In this document: positions 51,011 to 64,000 of the stretch, piece by piece | Numbering within the stretch: the first letter of the stretch is position 1 | Layout of the letters: the number at the start of each line of letters is the position of its first letter | From: Eledone cirrhosa | Taxonomy: Eukaryota | Assembly: GCA_964016885.1 (NCBI GenBank) | Contig: OZ024743.1 | Location: forward strand, 326,120,001-326,184,000 | DNA: 64,000 nucleotides | Direction: 5' to 3' | The notes under the pieces: generated by a model | What the model was told of the DNA's origin: nothing | What the model saw: the letters and a program-made list of their open reading frames with translations, nothing else | Databases searched by the model: none | Made by a program: the position numbers and the translations under genes

Positions 51011-51164
51011 TTAAGCTTTAGTAAATATGTTTTTTCCAGTGACAGCTTCAGTCTCAAAGTGTAGATCACTATATTCCAAGTTCAAATCTCTCCATAGTCA
51101 ACTTTGCATTTCATTCTTCCAGAGTTCAATAAAATAAGTACCATTCGAGTATTAACGTTCATCT

Positions 51165-51460
51165 TGGTGGATTGGCTGAATTGTTAGAGCGTCTGACAAA
51201 ATGCTTTGTAGCATTTACTTATGTCTTTTTATGTTCTTAGTTCAAATTCCACCAAGGTCAACTTTCTTTGTCTTTTGGAGTTGATAAAATAAAGTACCAG
51301 TAAAATACTGGGATCGATTTAATTGATTTTCCCGTCTCCTAAATTGCTGGCCTTGTAATGTTAGAAAGAATTACTATTGTTTTTTTTTCAGACTCCTTGT
51401 AATGTTAGAAAGAATTACTATTGTTTTTTTTCAGACTCCTTGTAATGTTAGAAAGAATAA
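51165..51460 (+). mobile_element. Family-A SINE whose tail is tandemly triplicated (about 45-bp unit)
   Basis: CCTTGTAATGTTAGAAAGAAT occurs three times in 51351-51460. Confidence 0.7.
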
Positions 51461-51581
51461 GTATTATTATATCTTTTTTGCAGACTATCACATCATGAAA
51501 TTTTAGTGATTATAGTATATGAAGTGTAAGTTTATACTATGCTTGCATTGTTTATTCCATTGTAGAAATCTTGCTTGTGAA

Positions 51582-51830
51582 GGTGCATGGCTTAGTGGTT
51601 AAGGTGCTTGGCTCATAAACATAAGGCTGAGAGTTTGATTCTTGGTATGTTGTATCTGTAATTCAAAGGGCCAGCCTTGTCACACACTGTGCCATGCTGA
51701 ATCTCCCTAAGAACTATGTTGAGGGTACATGTGACTAGAATGCTTAACCATTTGCACATTAATTTCACAAGCAGGCTGTCCCATTGATCAAACAACTGAA
51801 CACACACCATTGGTATCAACAGAGGTCCAG
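51582..51830 (+). mobile_element. tRNA-headed SINE (family C)
   Basis: GGTGCATGGCTTAGTGGTTAAGG head; TGTAATTCAAAGGGCCAGCCTTGTCACAC body. Confidence 0.75.
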
Positions 51831-53016
51831 CGACATCAATCTTTCTTCATGAAGTGGCTCAATGTGGAACTTGTGTGACATTTCTTTTATTAAAACAATC
51901 ATTAATTGTATTTCCTAAAGTAGAAAATTTGTCTGGTTTGCATACCTAATTTCATATATACAAATAAATTAGATTTAGCAAATCAGACTGCCATTAACTA
52001 AACATGTACTTCTCACCTGAATTTCACACCAAAGTCCAAAACAGTATCTAGCTATAAATTTACTAACAACTAACTAACTCATCAGTTTCCAACCTGTTGT
52101 CCATAAAAATACACTTTCAAAATATCAAAATCATTTCCAAATCTGCAGGAATAGCCTAAATTTTTTTTATGCTGTTTAGAATTTGAGCTATGCTAAAAAA
52201 TATCAACCATTGAATATGAAATTTGGAACACATAATGAACAAATTTGGATCAACTATCACATTAACTTAATGTCCTGTGCAACATGAAATTGCATTAACA
52301 AGACATTCATAAAAAGTACAAAACAGTGTAATCTTTTCAAAACATAGTAATCTTTTCTCTAATACAGCAAAGGATCTGTCTACTAGTAAAAATACTATAA
52401 CAGTTTTAATTAGAAAACCTATTCTTAGATATTTTCTGATAAATCATTACAAGATATTAAGAATTGAATTCTTTACAATTATCTATCCACTAGTATAGAT
52501 ACTATAAACATTTGAATTACTAAATCATTACAGATTGTCAAGGATTAAAGTCTTTACTCCAATACTGCAAATTTTCTGAATTGGCACAAACGTTTGAATT
52601 AACAAACTTGTTTTTAGATATTTTCTACTGAATCATTTCAGTATCTTAAGAGTTAAACACATGCTTTTTGTTGAATACTGCCACTTATTCAACTAAATGT
52701 TCAGTTACACACATCTTATTTCAATTGAGGCAATGAATGCAGGTTAGACAGACTTTTCAAAAGCCTAGAATCCGTGGGAAAATTTATTTAAATGGGAGGT
52801 TCTTAGTTTTGAAAAGGTTGGGAGCTAGTGAATGAACATCTATAAGATTAACAATAAAACATATGAGCTACCCTGTACATATAAGATTTTGCAGCCAGCC
52901 TTAGGCATCAGGTAATTTAAAGTTTTTCTTTATTTTTCTATTCTATGTTGAAAGACCATTACTTTAGTAGTTATTGAATCTTTTCTAGTTTTATGTTTTT
53001 TTTCTTTGGCAGCTAT

Positions 53017-53365
53017 TCATCATCATCATCATCATCATCATTTTACGTCCACTTTTCCCTGCTTGCAAGGGTGGGACAGGAACTGATTCTGGCTTGATTT
53101 CTACAGCTGGATGCCCTTCCTAACACCAACCTCATTTACAGTGAGTGCTGGGTGCTTTTTTGCCGTGGCACCTCCACGACCACTTTGCAGTGGAATGATA
53201 TGGACCCCAGTCCCTATCATCTCATTTCTACAGCTGAATAAACTGGAGCAATGTGAAATAAAGTGTCTTGCTCAAGGAAACAACACATCACCTGGTCTGA
53301 GAATTGAACTCACAACCTTTCGATTGCAAGGCCAATGCTCTAACCACTAAGCCATGTGCCTCCAT
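53017..53365 (-). mobile_element. Young tRNA-CORE-like SINE, near-identical inverted copy of 33413-33752
   Basis: Spurious ORFs 33426-33665 and 53111-53350 give the identical 79-aa translation. Confidence 0.92.
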
Positions 53366-55886
53366 ATTATGGATTATGGGTTAATATTTGTTTAGATATT
53401 AACCCTTTTCATACCACCCTTGGGCTTATGATACAAAAAAATATATTTTAAAGAGTTTTTACTTATCTAAAAACCTCCCATCATAATTTTATGTAAGAAT
53501 CTTTAAGTTATGCTCCCACACTAGCTTTATAAGGAGAAAGTTTCTTAATTACTAAATCTTTTCAAATTCTTGATTGTTATCAATAATATTATATGAAAAT
53601 TATAAGGTGAGGAAAGTGTTAAACTCTTCATTTGTTTTGCTGTAGCGAATGATATGTGCATGCAGTATGGTTGAATGGTTAAGAGGTTCACTTCACAATC
53701 ATTAAGTCTTAGGTTTGATTCTACTGCATAGCATCTTTAGTAAGTGTAATTTACCATAGCCTTGGGTTGATCTGTGCCTTGTGATCTGGGTTGACTGAAA
53801 CTGTTTGGAAGACCATCAAATGGACTTTACATGTAATTCAAAAGACCACAATGACTGAAACCAGTAGTCAGTAATTTAGCAAGAATATAATTAGTAGACT
53901 GAAGTAACGTGATATGAATATCTATGGAAAATAGACATTAATTGTTGGTGGTCATAGTGATGATGATATAGTATATAAATTAAGTGTTCTGTTGATTATA
54001 AATCACAGCAAACTCCCATCCTCTCCATATACTTATTAAAAAGTTTACATAAGAATTAGTATTAAAGACATGCAGAATCACTGAACTTTATTTTGGGTTT
54101 CTAAACTAGATCTGCCAGGTTATTAGATCTAATGAAAAGAAAAATGAGAGCTGAATAAAAACTTGCTTCTTACTTGATGTTGCTCTTAACACTTTCTCTA
54201 ACAAAAGCATAAGGCCTTAAATTTTAACCCTTTCATTGCCATATTTCTAATGAAAAACACTGCCTATGATATTCACAGCTGGTTATAGCCTGGTTGGTAT
54301 CAAAGGGTCAAGAAATTTATTTTCTGTCGAAAGCCTTACACCATTGTAATTGTTATTTGGTTTTAGGTAAACACTAATTCAGTACACCTAGATCAAAAGT
54401 ATTCAGCTTTTATGACAGAAATATCTATGACTACATTATGCAAAGTATCATTTTTTAGGGTGATTTTAGCTACAATTTTTAATAGACTATCTCTGTAGAA
54501 TAGAAGTTATTAACCTAAGGATTTCCCAGTTTGTCCCCATAGCCCTCTTTATGAGGCTGTTAAATCATCATCACTAGTCCTATTAGCTCTCAGTTTGACT
54601 TCAAAAGATGTCACTGTTTGATCAACAACTTCTCAAAAGGCACCCATGAGGTGAACTCATCTATAAAGCAGTTATACCATAGCAAGGTGGACAGCTGGAA
54701 ATGAGGATTAACACAATAAAGTCAGATCTTGAGATATCTGCTCATTACATGTATGGTGTCTGCTGTTGGAGTTGTAACTGATTGACAATATCTGTGTTGG
54801 ATGTCTGTGATCCCAGTGAATGAGCAACCCCTGGTGGCAATGATATGGACACACTAGTTGGAGATGGCTTGTATATATTATCTGCCATTGGAATTGTGAC
54901 TGGCTGACTATCCTTGTCAGGCATCTTTGATCACCACATATTGGGGGGCATTGTTTGAGATACTGGGGATTTGGATTCATTGGTTGGAGCTGGCTCAATC
55001 CACACGGTGTTTGCTGACACAAGTACAGGTACAAAAGATTTAAATAGCTTGATTTTATTTTACATATGGATAACCAGGCAACAATTCATAAAGATTTTGT
55101 CATATTTATTTATAGAAAACAACACTTGATGTCAAGTACCATGAATTTGCTGCTCCGATTAATAATTGTAAAGTAAATGGAGGAGATGTGATGTTGTTAG
55201 AGGAAACTATTTTATATAGTTTAGAATATCAGATGCCTAAGAAAAAGTATTGTTAATAGAAGAATAAAGCTTCTAAGTTATTAAATAGTGAATGGTGATA
55301 CAAATCTCTCAATTCAGCAGCACCATAACTGTGAGTAAAAGTAGAGAGAGGGAGTAGCAGTGGTGATATTCTTTGGTTTTGATAATCTAGAAGTCAGTTT
55401 ATTGTAGAACATTCTTGAAAAGAGAACATTTCTGGCTTGTTTTATTTATTTCTGGGGAAAGGGGAAGGTTGGGTTTATATATATAAATAAAGACGAGGAG
55501 TTTCTTGCTCCACAAAAGAACAAAACAAAAAATACTTTATTAGATGGCTGTTGAGTCTCCTGAGTTCATTTGCCCTTTGACAGGTTTTGTTTTTCATCCT
55601 GCAGGGTGTCCAAAATCACCCTCCTCACCAAGCAAGTTTGATGGGGCTGCCACTTTAGTCGCCGTCAACCCGACCATGCACAGGTTGTACTGGGTTACAT
55701 GTTACCAGTAGCGCTGAAGAGCGACCTGACCTAGTTTTCATTAAGACATCTAGCAGAAGATTATTCTGATGTAAAACCTGTGACTTCGTTTGCAACCGAT
55801 GATGTAGACCAGTTCTACTTTTTGGGTAAATGCATTCAATGTTCAGAGAGTGGCATTGGCCTGGTGCAAATCCTTTCCTCACTTCA

Positions 55887-56094
55887 CCCTTTAGCATTTA
55901 CATTACTCTATATTTACTGTTATATTTTCATGGAAAAGGCTTTATCTCACATAATATTGAATCTATGAGATTTTGATACTATTTATTTTGAGAACTATAC
56001 CTTAACATCAGTATGAGTGGCTGGTTACAGCTGGTTTGAACAGAAAGAGGTGAGAGTATTCTGGCTGGATATGGCTAGCTTAAATGCCAAAGGG
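55887..56094. mobile_element. piggyBac-like MITE (second copy)
   Basis: CCCTTTAGCATTTA ... TAAATGCCAAAGGG with degenerate TTCA/TAAA flanks; collinear with 50787-51010. Confidence 0.72.
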
Positions 56095-56483
56095 TAAAAG
56101 CACAGGCATTGCTTGATATGTGACATTTTTTGCAATGCATGGCATTGCTGATCATGGCAAGTCCCTTGCAGGATTTAAAAGCCACATCCACGATGCTCAT
56201 GCTTAAGCATCAAATGATGGCATTACTCGAAATTGAATTGCAACAATCATCATATATATATATATATATATATATATGTTAGGTGTGTAACAACAATTGC
56301 AGGTGGCACACCGTTCAAAGCACTCAATGCTGTTATGAGGTCTGTTTTGTTTGGGTTGTATATTCCAGCGTTACGGCGGTTGTGAGCAGTGTGTAAATAG
56401 TCCTATACCCTGAGCTGATTGATATCGAAACAATTGTAATATGTAAATGAAGTTTGTACTTATGCTGCAACACTGACGCCGAC

Positions 56484-56487
56484 TCTT

Positions 56488-56568
<81 letters not shown>
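56484..56568. repeat. (CT)n-(GA)n self-complementary microsatellite
   Basis: CT tract switches directly into a GA tract at CTCGAG. Confidence 0.95.
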
Positions 56569-56573
<5 letters not shown>

Positions 56574-57214
56574 AACAAGATGGAATATGGCAAAATTTTA
56601 GTATATTTGTTTAATTCCCAGAAGTGAAAGGTATCTCAATGTTTTGGGCTACACTGTTCATTGGATGGTATGGAGAGAGGGGAAAATACCAGAGAGTGAT
56701 GTGTGTGATTGTGTTTATTTAAATGTGAGGTAAAAAAACAAACGGAATCATAAATAATTCAGGTAGGTTTTCTTGCAAATGTGTGTTAGAGAGAATTGGG
56801 TATGTATTTCAAGGTCTTTAGATAGGAATGAGTATCAGAAAGGCAAGTGTGTGGTGCTGTTGTTGTGCACATTAGTTATACTATTACAATAGCAATCAAT
56901 CCATGTGTCAGGAAAAAGCAATGATATAACTGATAATGTTTAGGATGAAGTACACATATATCAAGACATTTTGTAAAAATTTTAATTAGTCAGAAGATTC
57001 AGCATCCATAGCATATGAAAACCCTCACAGACTGGAGAGATTGGTGTATCTGGTAATAACTGTAGAAAACCAAAATATTGGAAGGGAAAAAATTCCAGTT
57101 GGGCTAAGTGTGTTTTGATGTGGTGAGAAAGTATTGGGCTAGTGCTTGTTTGGTGCATGGAACACAGTATGGATGTTGAGAGAGGAGGGAAAGGTGGATA
57201 CATTAGAAGGTTAG

Positions 57215-57310
57215 CCACAAACTTGTCAGAAAGTGGCTGATACTTGGACAGTTTGCTTTCTTTGGCCTGGCGAGCAGCAAAGCCTGGATTGGTAGCTGAA
57301 AGCACCACTA
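57215..57310 (-). mobile_element. CRE-like endonuclease-region fragment
   Basis: SATNPGFAARQAKESKLSKYQPLSDKF resembles the G.AA..AE..K..KY..L motif immediately upstream of the segment seen at 12373. Confidence 0.55.
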
Positions 57311-60300
57311 CTTACCTTTTCGAATTAATCAAGAATTTGGAGGTATTTATTAAAATAGCTATAATTTTCATTATTAATCCTTTCATTACTATATTCTGAA
57401 TGAAAGAAATTGCCTATAATTTACAGATAATTTTAACAAGAATTTTTTATTTTTAAACTGGTGTTTGGAGCATAAGATTTTGTTACATAAAATTGTTGGA
57501 AGGTTTAAATTTAGATATGAACACTTTAAAAGAAACATAGATTCAGGGGTAGTTTCAAAAGGTTTAAGCTGGTGTTATAAACATAAGAGATATATAAAAT
57601 TACAGCGGAGAATTTTATTTTAGACTAAGTAGCCTTGTTGTCGGGCAATTTCTTTTTATTCCATGTCAGATCATGTTTTCCCCATGCCTCATTTCCCATG
57701 ACTTATTTCCTATGGCCCATCCTCATAAATAGTCAATAACTCAGTGGAGCCGTATGTTGGAATGGTATCAGTGGCTTATTGTGTACTTTAAACAAGTGAT
57801 CTCTGTGAGGACAACTCTCTGCCTCGTAGTGAAAACAATATCCCCTGCTGATGGCATAGATGGACGGAATAATAAGGCCACATTGAAAGAATGCATGAGA
57901 CGATCAATAAAAGCCAGACTTTATAAATTGTCACAGTAACAGTGATTGATAGATAGTATTACTATTTTCTATTTTTTTGTTCTTCTTTTATTCTTTTCCG
58001 AATTAAGAAACTCTGTGCACCCCCAAACCTTCTTGGGACGCAGATTTCGAAAATCAAATTCATTTTTCTGTAGGATACACTGTTTCAGAACCTTTCTGTG
58101 ACATACACACTTCCAATATATATAGAAGAAATGAATGAATACTTTAAAATGCGTTTCTTTGCATCTTGGATCAATGGAGTTAAATTAAATAGTTTACTTA
58201 ACCTTTTTGATACTAACCCACCTGAAACTGTCTCAGAGTCTATGGTATAAAAGTGTCCATCAACATCTTCATTTTTTGTCTACTTTCCACATTGGCATGA
58301 GATGACACGGTCCCAACCAGACAGGTTGGAGTGACCCATCTTGCTCATACATTCCATATTTGGTATGGTTTCTACAGCTGCATGCCCTTTTTAATACCAG
58401 CTGTCTTACAGAATGTACTGGGTGGATTGTTTTGTGGCACCAGCACTAGAGAGATTGTCATATGTTCATTCAGTCCTAAGGGTCCTTTCAAACCCTCTAA
58501 TGTCTTTGTTCGATTGCCAGATTGCCAACATTACAGCCTCTTGTCACTCAGTATGTTTACCTTTAGTGTTTCAGTACTTGTAGTGTTGGATTTGCATTTT
58601 GTATTGTGGCATATCACCAGTCAGCTCAGTCCTGTATCATCTTCATACGGTTCAGTATTTTGAGGTCATTCATCACAACTTTATGCACACACACACGCAC
58701 ATACATCTATATATATTAAAACCTTTTTCTTGTTTCAAACATCAGATTACTGATGAAAAAGTTATTTTACTATACTTCTTCAAATTTTGGATCATTTCTT
58801 GAGTTAATTGAAACATCGTCATCATCATTGTAGCATTAGACTTATGGTAACGCAGGGTTAATAATACTATGCTCATTATAATGAGAACTTTATGGGTTTT
58901 AATACTATTAGAAAAATCTGAAGTTTTTGATACTTTTGAATGTACTGTGCTCAGCAATTTCTAGTTAATGAAATAACTTCAAGAGAAATATTTATCTCAG
59001 CTGTAGGGTATTGGAATTCTAAAGCTGATAAAGAAAGTCAAAATAAAATTTCACTATTTAGTTATTTATATGATAAATTGACCTTTGTCTTAAAAGTAGT
59101 AAAATAACATTTTGAAGTTTGATTTTTCTAAGTTTAGAATCTATAATAACATTATTAGTATATTTATAGAATTTTTAAAATGAGATGGAAGAAGAAAATA
59201 TTTTAATTACTAAACAAGTAAAGAGGTTCATTCAGATTTTAGATTTTGTTATTAAAATATTTTTCAAGATAATGATTAAGGTTCATCATCATCCATATCA
59301 TTTAACATCCATTTTCTCTGTTAGTAAGGGCTGGATAAGTCAACATCCATTTTTCCTGCTAGTAAGGGCTGGACAGGTCTTCACTGACAAAGGCAGTACT
59401 TAATTGGATTCACTGACATCTCAGGTGGGCAGGTAACTGCAACTTGCTTATATGTTTTGCACTATACAGAATGTACTAGATGTATTTTTTCATGGCACCA
59501 GCATTAGGGAGGCTATCATATCCTTGACACAACTAAAGAGTTGTCCTGACAATTTGTTTGGTATAGTTTCTACAGCTGGATACCCTTCTTATTTCTAACC
59601 ACCTTACAGGGTATACTGGATGTATTTTTTGTGGCACCAACGCTAAGAGGTTGCTGTGTTGTGACTAATGGGTTTTCTCAGCTCCTTTTTGGCATGATTT
59701 CTACACTCAACCCCACAAATTACTAATTTTCATGTTCTTTTCTCCTAGTCAGAATAAAATCAATCTGCCTCATTCTTTATTCATAGTACATAGGCAGACT
59801 ATTTGGCTACTGTTACAACTAGCTCACAGCTGTGCTGTATCTTCTCTTTGCCTCTTCTAATGATACTATAACTACTTATGTTCTTTTCAATCAGCAAACT
59901 GTAAACTATTTCTAACTCGACCCATCCAATGCACTCACCTTTTGTTTTTGTTAATCATACCTTGCCTCATATCCTTCCAATGGAGTCAGTTAATGACCTT
60001 CTACCAATGCAAGGAATCATTATTATTTGTATTGATTTATTTCATAAACACAAGATCCCAGACTGTTTTGATAGAGGAGATATGATTGTGTTATTAATAT
60101 ATATTTCTTAATAACGGAATTATTGACACAAGGCTGTTGACATTGTAACTAGGAGCTTACCATTTAATCTTTTACTTATTGCTGCTATAACCAGTCTAAG
60201 AAACTGCAAGCATGATATAGTGCTTTTAGGATAGTAATTCTATTTTGGGGCTTATTAGAAGTGTGCATCTGAAAACTAGATATTTCATCAATTATGAAAG

Positions 60301-60390
60301 CTGTCTAATCTATGACTTTGATCATATCGCAATGGTTACTGAACAGATGACAAAGGAACTTGAATAGAATATTTGAAGGATATTGGGATT

Positions 60391-60760
60391 ACTGTATATA
60401 CTCACATATAAGACACCACCCATTTTATGCCTGAGAAATGGGCAGAAAGCCAAACTCCATATACAAGCTGCAGTATCTAATCAACACATGTTCAGATGAA
60501 GTTTTGAAATTTTCTTGAGTGGACAATATATTTATAAAGTTTTAATATTTTGATATTTAAAATATCTTAAGTGTTTAGAGTATAGTTTTAGTTTCACAAC
60601 TCCATTACATAATGATTTTTTACCATTTCATCTGTTTTATAAAGTTTCAACAAGTTTCCCAAATTTTTGTTTACTTCCGGCTATGCAAATACTGCAAGTA
60701 TTTTGCCTCTTCTTTTCTTTTAGCAGACAATAATAACACCTTCTCCGAAATATAACAGAT
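60391..60760 (+). mobile_element. pogo/Tigger-like element, left portion
   Basis: TACTGTATATACTCACATATAAGACACC start; homologous to 48196-48420. Confidence 0.5.
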
Positions 60761-61559
60761 TTTTGTTTAATATGCACATCAAATGAAATGCATTCCTTAA
60801 AAAACTTGGAAACAATTTAACATCATACAAGTATTAAAGCTTTAGGTAGATTTTTACAATTACATGTGTCGAGGCAGCATGCCCCTTCACTCAGTTAACT
60901 AAAAAGTTCAATATTACTGGTGTAATTTTGGGAAAAAAAAAAATGATTTTTCTTCATTAGTTCATTAGTTTACTGGGTTTGATTTTTAAAAAACCACGTA
61001 AGCTTGTTAAAATTTTTTTAATTAGCTAGATTATTACTTGAAAAACACTAAAATATGATATATCAGTCTACTCCATAGAGATATATTTTGAGATTAAGAT
61101 ATTATTTAGAAAAAAACATAATTCTTTAACTGTTATGGAGATCATTAAAAGCACTAGGGGGAGATCGAAACTATGAAATAGAGAATAGTTGAAAGAAAGA
61201 AATTGACTAAGAGAACGTTGTATAAGGAGAGCGAGATTGAGAGGAGAGAGAGTAAGAGCAATAAAATAGAAGATTGAAACAAAAAATATAATTAAGTCAC
61301 AGAAAAACAGTCGGTGTGCATGTATGTGTAGGGAATATTTATGTATTAAAAAAAGTTCAAATTATAAAACTCTGTTGGAAATATTTTTAAGGAATACATA
61401 AATAGCACCAATGGCGATGTAGTAAATGTATAAAAACAGTGTTTCATTGTAAAATAACAATTCCAGATATTTTAGCTCCCTATTTACATAGAATTTAAAG
61501 TTGGTGAAAATTGTTAAAATATCTGAACACTCAATGTCAAAGATAAAGATAAATTCACC

Positions 61560-64000
61560 TCCCGCTGCCGGATGAGAATGCAAGGACTCCTCTTTATTTC
61601 AGACACGGATGGTCAACATAATTCCATCACCCACACCCCTCCCTGCGCCTCCAACCCATCCCTTCCACCCACCCAACGAAATCCAAAACTTCAGAGTTGG
61701 TGCCATGAATGTAGGCACTTTGAAAGGTCGCTCAAACAAGGTTGTAGAGATGCTTGAACGTAAGGAAGTTGATGTTTGTTGTATTCAAGAGACTAGGTGG
61801 AGGGGTGGGTCTGCTAGATTCATTGTGGGTAAAAAACGATGCTATAAACTTTTCTGGGTAGGAAATGACAATGGGCTGGGTGGAGTAGGAATTATGTTAG
61901 CTGAAAAATGGGTAGATAAGGTAATTGCCGTAAATAGAGTGAACGACAGAATAATTAAAATAAGACTAGTCCTAAATAGAACTACTATGACAATAATATC
62001 CGCTTATGCACCCCAATCTAGCCTACCTGACGTTATAAAAAAACAGGTTCTATGAATTGCTAATGCGCACTACCTCCCAAATAACCGACAGTGACTGCAT
62101 ACTTATTGCTGGCGACCTAAATGGTCATGTTGGACAACATTGTGATGGCTATGACGGAATCCATGGAGGCTATGGGTTTGGTACTAGAAATGAGGAAGGC
62201 TTCAGAATCCTGGAATTCTGTGATGCTAATAATCTATCTGTAACACAAACTTCAAAAAACCAAACAATCACTTGATCACCTATAAGTCAGGGGAACACGC
62301 CAGCCAGATAGATTATATCCTTACTAGAAGACGTGACAGGGTGTCTGTTGTAAACACTAAATCCCTCCCCCGTGAAGAATGCACCTCCCAACATAGCCTC
62401 ATAGTTAGTGACCTCATAGTCATGACTAGATGTACTCGACAACAGAGGAGGACTACCCCGAGAAGAAGAATATGGAAGTTGAAGTACGCCACAGCCAATA
62501 ACAAATTAAAAAGCATATTACTTGATGCTTTTGACAGTAAGGAAGAGCAATTAGAGGTGTACAATATAGAGGAACAGTGGGAATTCTTGAAAGTTAACCT
62601 GCTGAAGGTGACAGATGAAATCTGTAGCTGGAGCAGACCTATAGGCAGGAGGAAAGTAACTTGGTGGAGGAGACAATCAAGGCAAAAAGCAGACTTGGAA
62701 AGTATGGCAGGAGAGAAGCTAGGAGAAAGTGTACTTTGCAAGAAGGGAAGCAGAGGATAGAAAGCATGTTCTACAACGTGAGGTGTTCAGGATTGCAAGA
62801 CAATGTGTCAAGGAAAACCGTGATATTGTCGGGGAGAAGTGTGTCCGTAATGATGATGGTGTACTTGCCCTCACTGATACTGATAAGAAGGTAACTTGGA
62901 AGTGTCACTACGAGAGACTACTAAATGAGGAGAATAAATGGGAAAAGGATAGTCTGCTCCAAATCGATCCAATAGAGGGACCAACAGTGCAAGTTAAAGG
63001 TAGTATAATAAGTAAGGCAATCAAAGATGTGAAGACAGGCAAAGCAGCTGGGCCTTCGGAGATAGTTGCTGAGATGTTGAAAGCATCTGGAATGGTGGGA
63101 CATACTATGGTCACCCGGATAGTAAACCAAGTAATACAGAATGGGGTCATACCAAATGACTGGCATAGCAGCATCATCATTAACTGCTACAAGGGTAAAG
63201 GAGATGCTCTAGATAGGGTAAACTATAGAGGCATTAAGTTAGTTGACCAGGTCATGAAGGTCACAGAAAGCGTTATAGCACAACTAATCAGAGATCGAAT
63301 TGATCTAGATGAAATGCAGTTTGGGTTTGTGTCAGGTAAAAGTACCACAGATGGGTTTGTGTCAGGTAAAAGTACCACAGATGCTCTTTTCATTGTACGA
63401 CAACTACAGGAGAAGTACCTAGCTAAAAGTAAACCCCTCTACTTAGCTTTTGTTGACTTGGAGAAAGCCTTTGACAGAGTTCCCCGCTCCATTATCTGGT
63501 GGGTCCTTAGAAAACTAGGTGTAGATGAATGGCTTGTAAGAGCTATTCAAGCCATGTATAAAGAAAGTCAGCAAGGTTAGAATTAACAATGAATATAGTG
63601 AAAAATTTAGCGTAAAAGTTGTTCATCAAGGCTCTGTCCTTAGCCCCCACCTATTTATTATTGACCTTCAGGCTATAACAGAGGAGTTTAAGACTGGCTG
63701 CCCATGGGAACTTCTATACACAGATGATCGAACTCTCATAGCTGAATCTATGGCTGAACTAGAGAAGAAATTCCAAACATAGAAGCATGGCCTAGAATCA
63801 AAAGGCCTTAAAGTTAACTTGTCTAAGATTAAAGTTCTAGTATGTAGAAAGGAAAATAGGGCACAGGTACCTCTGGGAAATGGCCATGCTCAGTGTGTAG
63901 GAAAGGAGTAGGCAGAAATTCCATTTTATATCCCAAATGCAAACTATGGGTACATAAAAGATGGAGTGGGATCACAGGTAAGCTATCTAAGAACGTAGAT
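61560..64000 (+). mobile_element. Near full-length RTE LINE (APE endonuclease plus RT), frameshifted, runs off window end
   Basis: 61609-62055 RVGAMNVGTLKGRS..DVCCIQETRW..G..GVG..SAYAPQ; GDLNGHVG; SQIDYIL; 62729-63580 RT motifs NYRGIKL, QFGF, FVDLEKAFDRVP; start of the Cys finger at about 63880. Confidence 0.95.

Noticed and set aside
54174-54197. 24-nt minus-strand micro-exon candidate (ttag|...|gtaaga)
   Set aside because: Chance occurrence is likely and there is no supporting gene context
55560-55880. Possible LINE 5' UTR remnant on the minus strand
   Set aside because: Looks repeat-like but has no second copy or coding motif in the window to anchor a call

Overview
AT-rich eukaryotic (animal) genomic DNA made up almost entirely of interspersed repeats and microsatellites. 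The repeat spectrum (RTE LINEs with (GAT)n tails, tRNA-derived and CORE-like SINEs, long (TA)n/(CA)n tracts) resembles a coleoid cephalopod such as Octopus; this is an inference. No intact host protein-coding gene is recognisable. Identified elements: at least 8 decayed copies of one RTE-clade LINE lineage (APE-RT with a PHD-like C4HC3 finger after the RT), fragments of other RTE families and of CRE-clade non-LTR elements, and two Penelope-like element (PLE) remnants with GIY-YIG nucleases (one Naiad-like). Also present: several degenerate hammerhead-ribozyme-like motifs, a Helitron-like element carrying a 75-bp tandem array, many SINEs, and pogo/Tc1-, hAT- and piggyBac-like MITEs. CpG-retaining and CpG-depleted blocks alternate, and two promoter-like motif clusters (about 25.5 kb and 46.9 kb) suggest the window contains first exons and long introns of host genes.
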